Of a stretch of DNA of 64,000 nt, positions 60,685 to 64,000 are shown piece after piece. The notes beneath the pieces were generated by a model. It was given only the letters and a program-made list of their open reading frames with translations. It did no database searches and had not been told where the DNA came from. This DNA is from an uncultured Nitrospiraceae bacterium (GTDB lineage: Bacteria; Nitrospirota; Nitrospiria; Nitrospirales; Nitrospiraceae): assembly GCA_963706325.1 (NCBI GenBank), contig CAVPLT010000001.1, forward strand, positions 320,001 through 384,000, written 5' to 3'. Numbering within the stretch: the stretch's first letter is position 1; the number at the start of each line of letters is the position of its first letter. Position numbers and translations under genes: made by a program.

Positions 60685-61845
60685 TCACGGACTATCGAAG
60701 GTCCAGAGGATTCCGACCAACAGTAGGTGCTGATTCGGAGTCAGGCCGATTACGCCGGGCTGGATTTCGCCTCCCTTGAAGAAGCCGCCTCCCGCTCCGG
60801 TTGATTCATCCCACCGATGCTCGAGCCGTACAATTGTATTGGTCCACTTGTAGGGAAGCCGGTATTCCACGGTGGACGTGATGGCCTTTACAAATTGCTC
60901 CGAACCGGTCCAGCGACCATTGCGATCCCAAAAGACTTCCGGTCGGACCGCCACGGTCCATGGGCCCGCCACATGCCATCGCGCCACGACGGCCCCACCG
61001 GTCACGAACGCCCTCGGACTTCCCGGACGATTCGCGATATTCTCGGTCCCGATATCGTAGGACCCAGCAATCGTCAGATCGTCGCCTTTCCATTCCACGA
61101 TATGGTTGGCGTAGAAACGCCAGAATTCAAACGCCGCGTTGGTTTGATCGGGGCCGGCGTACAGTGTCTGCGTCAGGGTAAGACGCGACGTGGCCTTGTA
61201 CGCCCACTGGCCGCCGTAACTCGGCTGATCGTTGGGGTGCGACAGATGGGCATACCCGTTCACGATGAACGCAGTGACCGTGAGATTGTCGCTGACGGGA
61301 TACTTGGCGTTCACACCGAACATCATGTAGGGCGTGTTGTCCGCGATCCAGGAGCGTGTGTAATGCGCATTGTCTTTGGCGTAGAGCGATTCATAGCCGA
61401 TGAGGCTGTTGAACAACCCGGCGGTCACCGTGAGGCCCCTTCCAAGCGGGGCAAGATACGAGACATTCGCGCGATGGATGTGCCGAAGGGTGTCAGCCCC
61501 ACTGACCTCAGGCTCACCTTGTAGAAAAGCAAACCTTTCGGAGTCGTATCCTCCTTGCACCCCGAGTTCCAGGCCCCAGCGGGATGATTCGTTCACATCC
61601 TTGCGAATATAGGCGAGCGCCATATTGGGCGCGAATTCGTTATGGCGGGCCGCGGTCGCACGATTGCGCCACAGATGGTTTTCCGGAAAATTAAAGTTGA
61701 GGACATAACTGACATCGAGATAGGCGCCGTAATGCCAGAGACCGGTCTCGGTCGCCGAGGTCGGATCGCGAGCGACGGTACCCTCGCTCGCGTGCGCCGG
61801 TGCGATCAACAGCCAGAAGAAAACTACCAGGCAGATTCGGCTCAT
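60685..61845 (-). CDS. Outer-membrane beta-barrel porin (BBP2/DUF1597-like)
   Basis: Signal peptide; YLDVSY..NFN.P, GLFNSLIGYE, YTRS; start could be 61911. Confidence 0.8.
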   Translation of the reverse strand: MSRICLVVFFWLLIAPAHASEGTVARDPTSATETGLWHYGAYLDVSYVLNFNFPENHLWRNRATAARHNEFAPNMALAYIRKDVNESSRWGLELGVQGGYDSERFAFLQGEPEVSGADTLRHIHRANVSYLAPLGRGLTVTAGLFNSLIGYESLYAKDNAHYTRSWIADNTPYMMFGVNAKYPVSDNLTVTAFIVNGYAHLSHPNDQPSYGGQWAYKATSRLTLTQTLYAGPDQTNAAFEFWRFYANHIVEWKGDDLTIAGSYDIGTENIANRPGSPRAFVTGGAVVARWHVAGPWTVAVRPEVFWDRNGRWTGSEQFVKAITSTVEYRLPYKWTNTIVRLEHRWDESTGAGGGFFKGGEIQPGVIGLTPNQHLLLVGILWTFDSP

Positions 61846-61972
61846 CTCACCTGGGAAAACAGGCCCCGCAGCTTGACCGATATCATTGCGAAAGGGCAGA
61901 AAAGGTTTCATCTCAGGTTCATCGTCTAACCGGGTTCGCGCTCATCACGAAATCGACTCTACGTCATGCCGT

Positions 61973-62020
61973 ATCAAAACAGGATTAAAACCGATCTCGA
62001 AGACATAAAAGATCCGTAAA
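61973..62020 (-). promoter_or_regulatory. Two KdpE-type direct-repeat boxes upstream of the porin gene
   Basis: Minus strand TTTACG-N5-TTTATG (62020-62004) and TTTAAT-N5-TTTGAT (61989-61973). Confidence 0.6.
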
Positions 62021-62035
62021 AGTCGGCGGGAGCAC

Positions 62036-62743
62036 TCATTCCGTCCGGAGACGATAGCCGACACCCAGCTCCGTCACGAGATGGCGAGGCTGAGCGGGAT
62101 CGGCTTCGACCTTACTCCTCAATTGCCGCATGTACACACGCACATAGTGCCCCTCCTCGATATGGAGGGGACCCCACACTTCTTTAAGCAACTGACGATG
62201 CGTCACCACCTTTCCGGCATACCGTACGAGCGTTGTGAGCAACTTATATTCGATAGGCGTAAGGTGGACCTCTGTTCCTGAGATGAAGACCTGCCTTCGC
62301 CCCAAGTCGACGCTGAGATCGCCGAAGGTGCATACCGTATCGATCTGGTCCCCCGCCGGACGATTGGCATGTCTCAAGGCTGCCCGCATGCGGGCCAGCA
62401 ACTCGTCCATGCCAAACGGTTTGGTGACGTAGTCATCAGCGCCGATATCAAAGGCTTCCACCTTGGCCTGTTCTTGGTCGCGCGCGGAAAGCACAATGAT
62501 GGGCAAATTGGACCAAGCACGAATTTTCTCAATCACCGTCGTGCCGTTCATGTCGGGAAGTCCGAGATCGAGTAGGATAAGGTCGGGATTGCGGGCGGAG
62601 GCTTGCGCCAGTCCATCCGATCCGGTGGTTGCCTCGTACAACCGATAGCCACACGACGGGAGTGTCGTGCGTAGAAATCGTCGAATTTCCGCTTCATCCT
62701 CGATGAGCAGCACGGTCACGTCATGGGGCGTCGTGGAGGGCAT
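62036..62743 (-). CDS. kdpE: KDP operon response regulator
   Basis: IEDEAEIRRFL, LLDLGLPD, GADDYVTKPFG, HLTPIEY.LL, VTHRQLLKEVWG, TELGVGYR. Confidence 0.92.
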   Translation of the reverse strand: MPSTTPHDVTVLLIEDEAEIRRFLRTTLPSCGYRLYEATTGSDGLAQASARNPDLILLDLGLPDMNGTTVIEKIRAWSNLPIIVLSARDQEQAKVEAFDIGADDYVTKPFGMDELLARMRAALRHANRPAGDQIDTVCTFGDLSVDLGRRQVFISGTEVHLTPIEYKLLTTLVRYAGKVVTHRQLLKEVWGPLHIEEGHYVRVYMRQLRSKVEADPAQPRHLVTELGVGYRLRTE

Positions 62744-62756
62744 GTGTAAAGAGATC

Positions 62757-64000
62757 CTAGGTTGCTGCGCGATCGGGCCCATTCGTCTCCGGTTCGACCG
62801 TCGGCTGATTTTTTTCCGTCGGAAGCGTAAAGCGGAAAACCGATCCGCCGCCGGAGCGTGTTTCCACCCAAATACGCCCGCCGTGGGATTCGATGATGCC
62901 CCGGCAGATCGTCAATCCCAGTCCGACGCCACCCTCCCGATCGGGATGGAGTTGATAAAATTTTTCGAAAATCCGTCGCTCCTCTCCTTGCGGAATACCG
63001 GACCCTCGATCCGCGACTTCCATCAGGATCACCCCATCCTTCACCGACGCCGTCACATCGATGGCTGAAGCCGGAGGAGAATATTTCGCGGCATTTTCCA
63101 GCAAATTAATCAGTACTTGTTCGATCAGGACGCCATCGACGAACACTAGGGGGAGATTGACCGGAAATGCTGTCGACACTGGATGCGTCGAGAGGCGCGG
63201 TCGCACGCGGTCCAGCGCCGTGCCGACTATTTCCTCCAGCGCGTGCCATTCCTTGCGCAGTTGCATGGCTCCCGCTTCCAATCTCGTCATATCGAGCAAA
63301 TTTTTCAGCAACCGATCCAATCGACCAGCTTCATCACTGATGGACCGGACCAGGCCCTGCTGACTCTCGGCCGACAAGGGCCGGGTGGTGTTTAGCAACG
63401 CGCTGCTTGCGCCCACAATCGTCGCCAACGGCGTCCGCAAGTCGTGGGAGACCGAGCTCAGGACGGCATTGCGCATGCGCTCCGTTTCAGTCTGCACGTG
63501 AGCTTCTTGTGTTTCTTCCGCCGCTCGCGCGCGTTCCAACGCCAGCGCCATTTGATTCGCGAAGGTCTCGAGGAGATGCAGCTGCTCCGGATCGAGCAAT
63601 TCGGCGGGGCGAGAGAATCGCACTGCCAGGACACCGACCGCACCATGAGACCCTGACAACGGCAGATACAGCGAGTCCGATCCAGAAAGGGTGTTGGTGC
63701 CGTGACCGGCGGGTTCTTTATGGTCGAAGGCCCATTGGGAGATTCCGGCCTCCTTCGGATCCAGGTCGAAATGCAGCGCGTCGCCTCGATGAAGATGCAC
63801 CCGTCCGTCCCGATCAGGAAGAAACACCGCCACCTGGCAATGGAATACGTCGTGGATATGGCGGGACGCCACGGAAGCCAGTTTGTCCACTCCACGTTGA
63901 GTGATCAATTCCCTGCTCATGGCATAGAGCGCGGCGGTTCGTTTCTCACGAATCAAGGCCGCCTCGGCCTGCTGGCTCTTGTGAGACGCGAGTCGACTGA
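62757..64000 (-). CDS. kdpD: Osmosensitive K+ channel sensor kinase, partial (5' end beyond window)
   Basis: GAF domain (AGHGTNTL), E..RNAVLSSVSHDLRTPL, NLLDMTRLE, N/G boxes; adjacent to kdpE. Confidence 0.92.
   Translation of the reverse strand, partial: SRLASHKSQQAEAALIREKRTAALYAMSRELITQRGVDKLASVASRHIHDVFHCQVAVFLPDRDGRVHLHRGDALHFDLDPKEAGISQWAFDHKEPAGHGTNTLSGSDSLYLPLSGSHGAVGVLAVRFSRPAELLDPEQLHLLETFANQMALALERARAAEETQEAHVQTETERMRNAVLSSVSHDLRTPLATIVGASSALLNTTRPLSAESQQGLVRSISDEAGRLDRLLKNLLDMTRLEAGAMQLRKEWHALEEIVGTALDRVRPRLSTHPVSTAFPVNLPLVFVDGVLIEQVLINLLENAAKYSPPASAIDVTASVKDGVILMEVADRGSGIPQGEERRIFEKFYQLHPDREGGVGLGLTICRGIIESHGGRIWVETRSGGGSVFRFTLPTEKNQPTVEPETNGPDRAAT

Overview
GC-rich bacterial chromosomal segment, most likely Nitrospira or Nitrospirota. 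This assignment is inferred from gene content, protein style and intergenic repeat families, not from a search. The left flank (1-25.9 kb) carries tdh-kbl, an envelope cluster (MlaA, OMP, frameshifted TRL lipoprotein, PEGA protein, DUF4105/Lnb-like, DUF3015), an ECF sigma/anti-sigma/DUF3106 operon, a 1589-aa TPR protein with an acidic linker, a compatible-solute cluster and three PilZ genes. A ~15.5-kb decaying genomic island (25928-41418) is integrated at the 3' end of tRNA-His and bounded by a 23-bp direct repeat. Its tyrosine integrase ORF reads through the att core, so excision would swap the integrase C-terminus. The island carries a lone terminase small subunit, glycan-related cargo, several pseudogenes and footprints of at least two other integrative elements. 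The right flank carries pyrF, rpsT, holA-lptE-leuS, der, a second ECF/anti-sigma pair with a cytochrome c, an alcohol dehydrogenase, an M20 peptidase, and kdpD-kdpE followed by a porin gene with KdpE-like boxes upstream.
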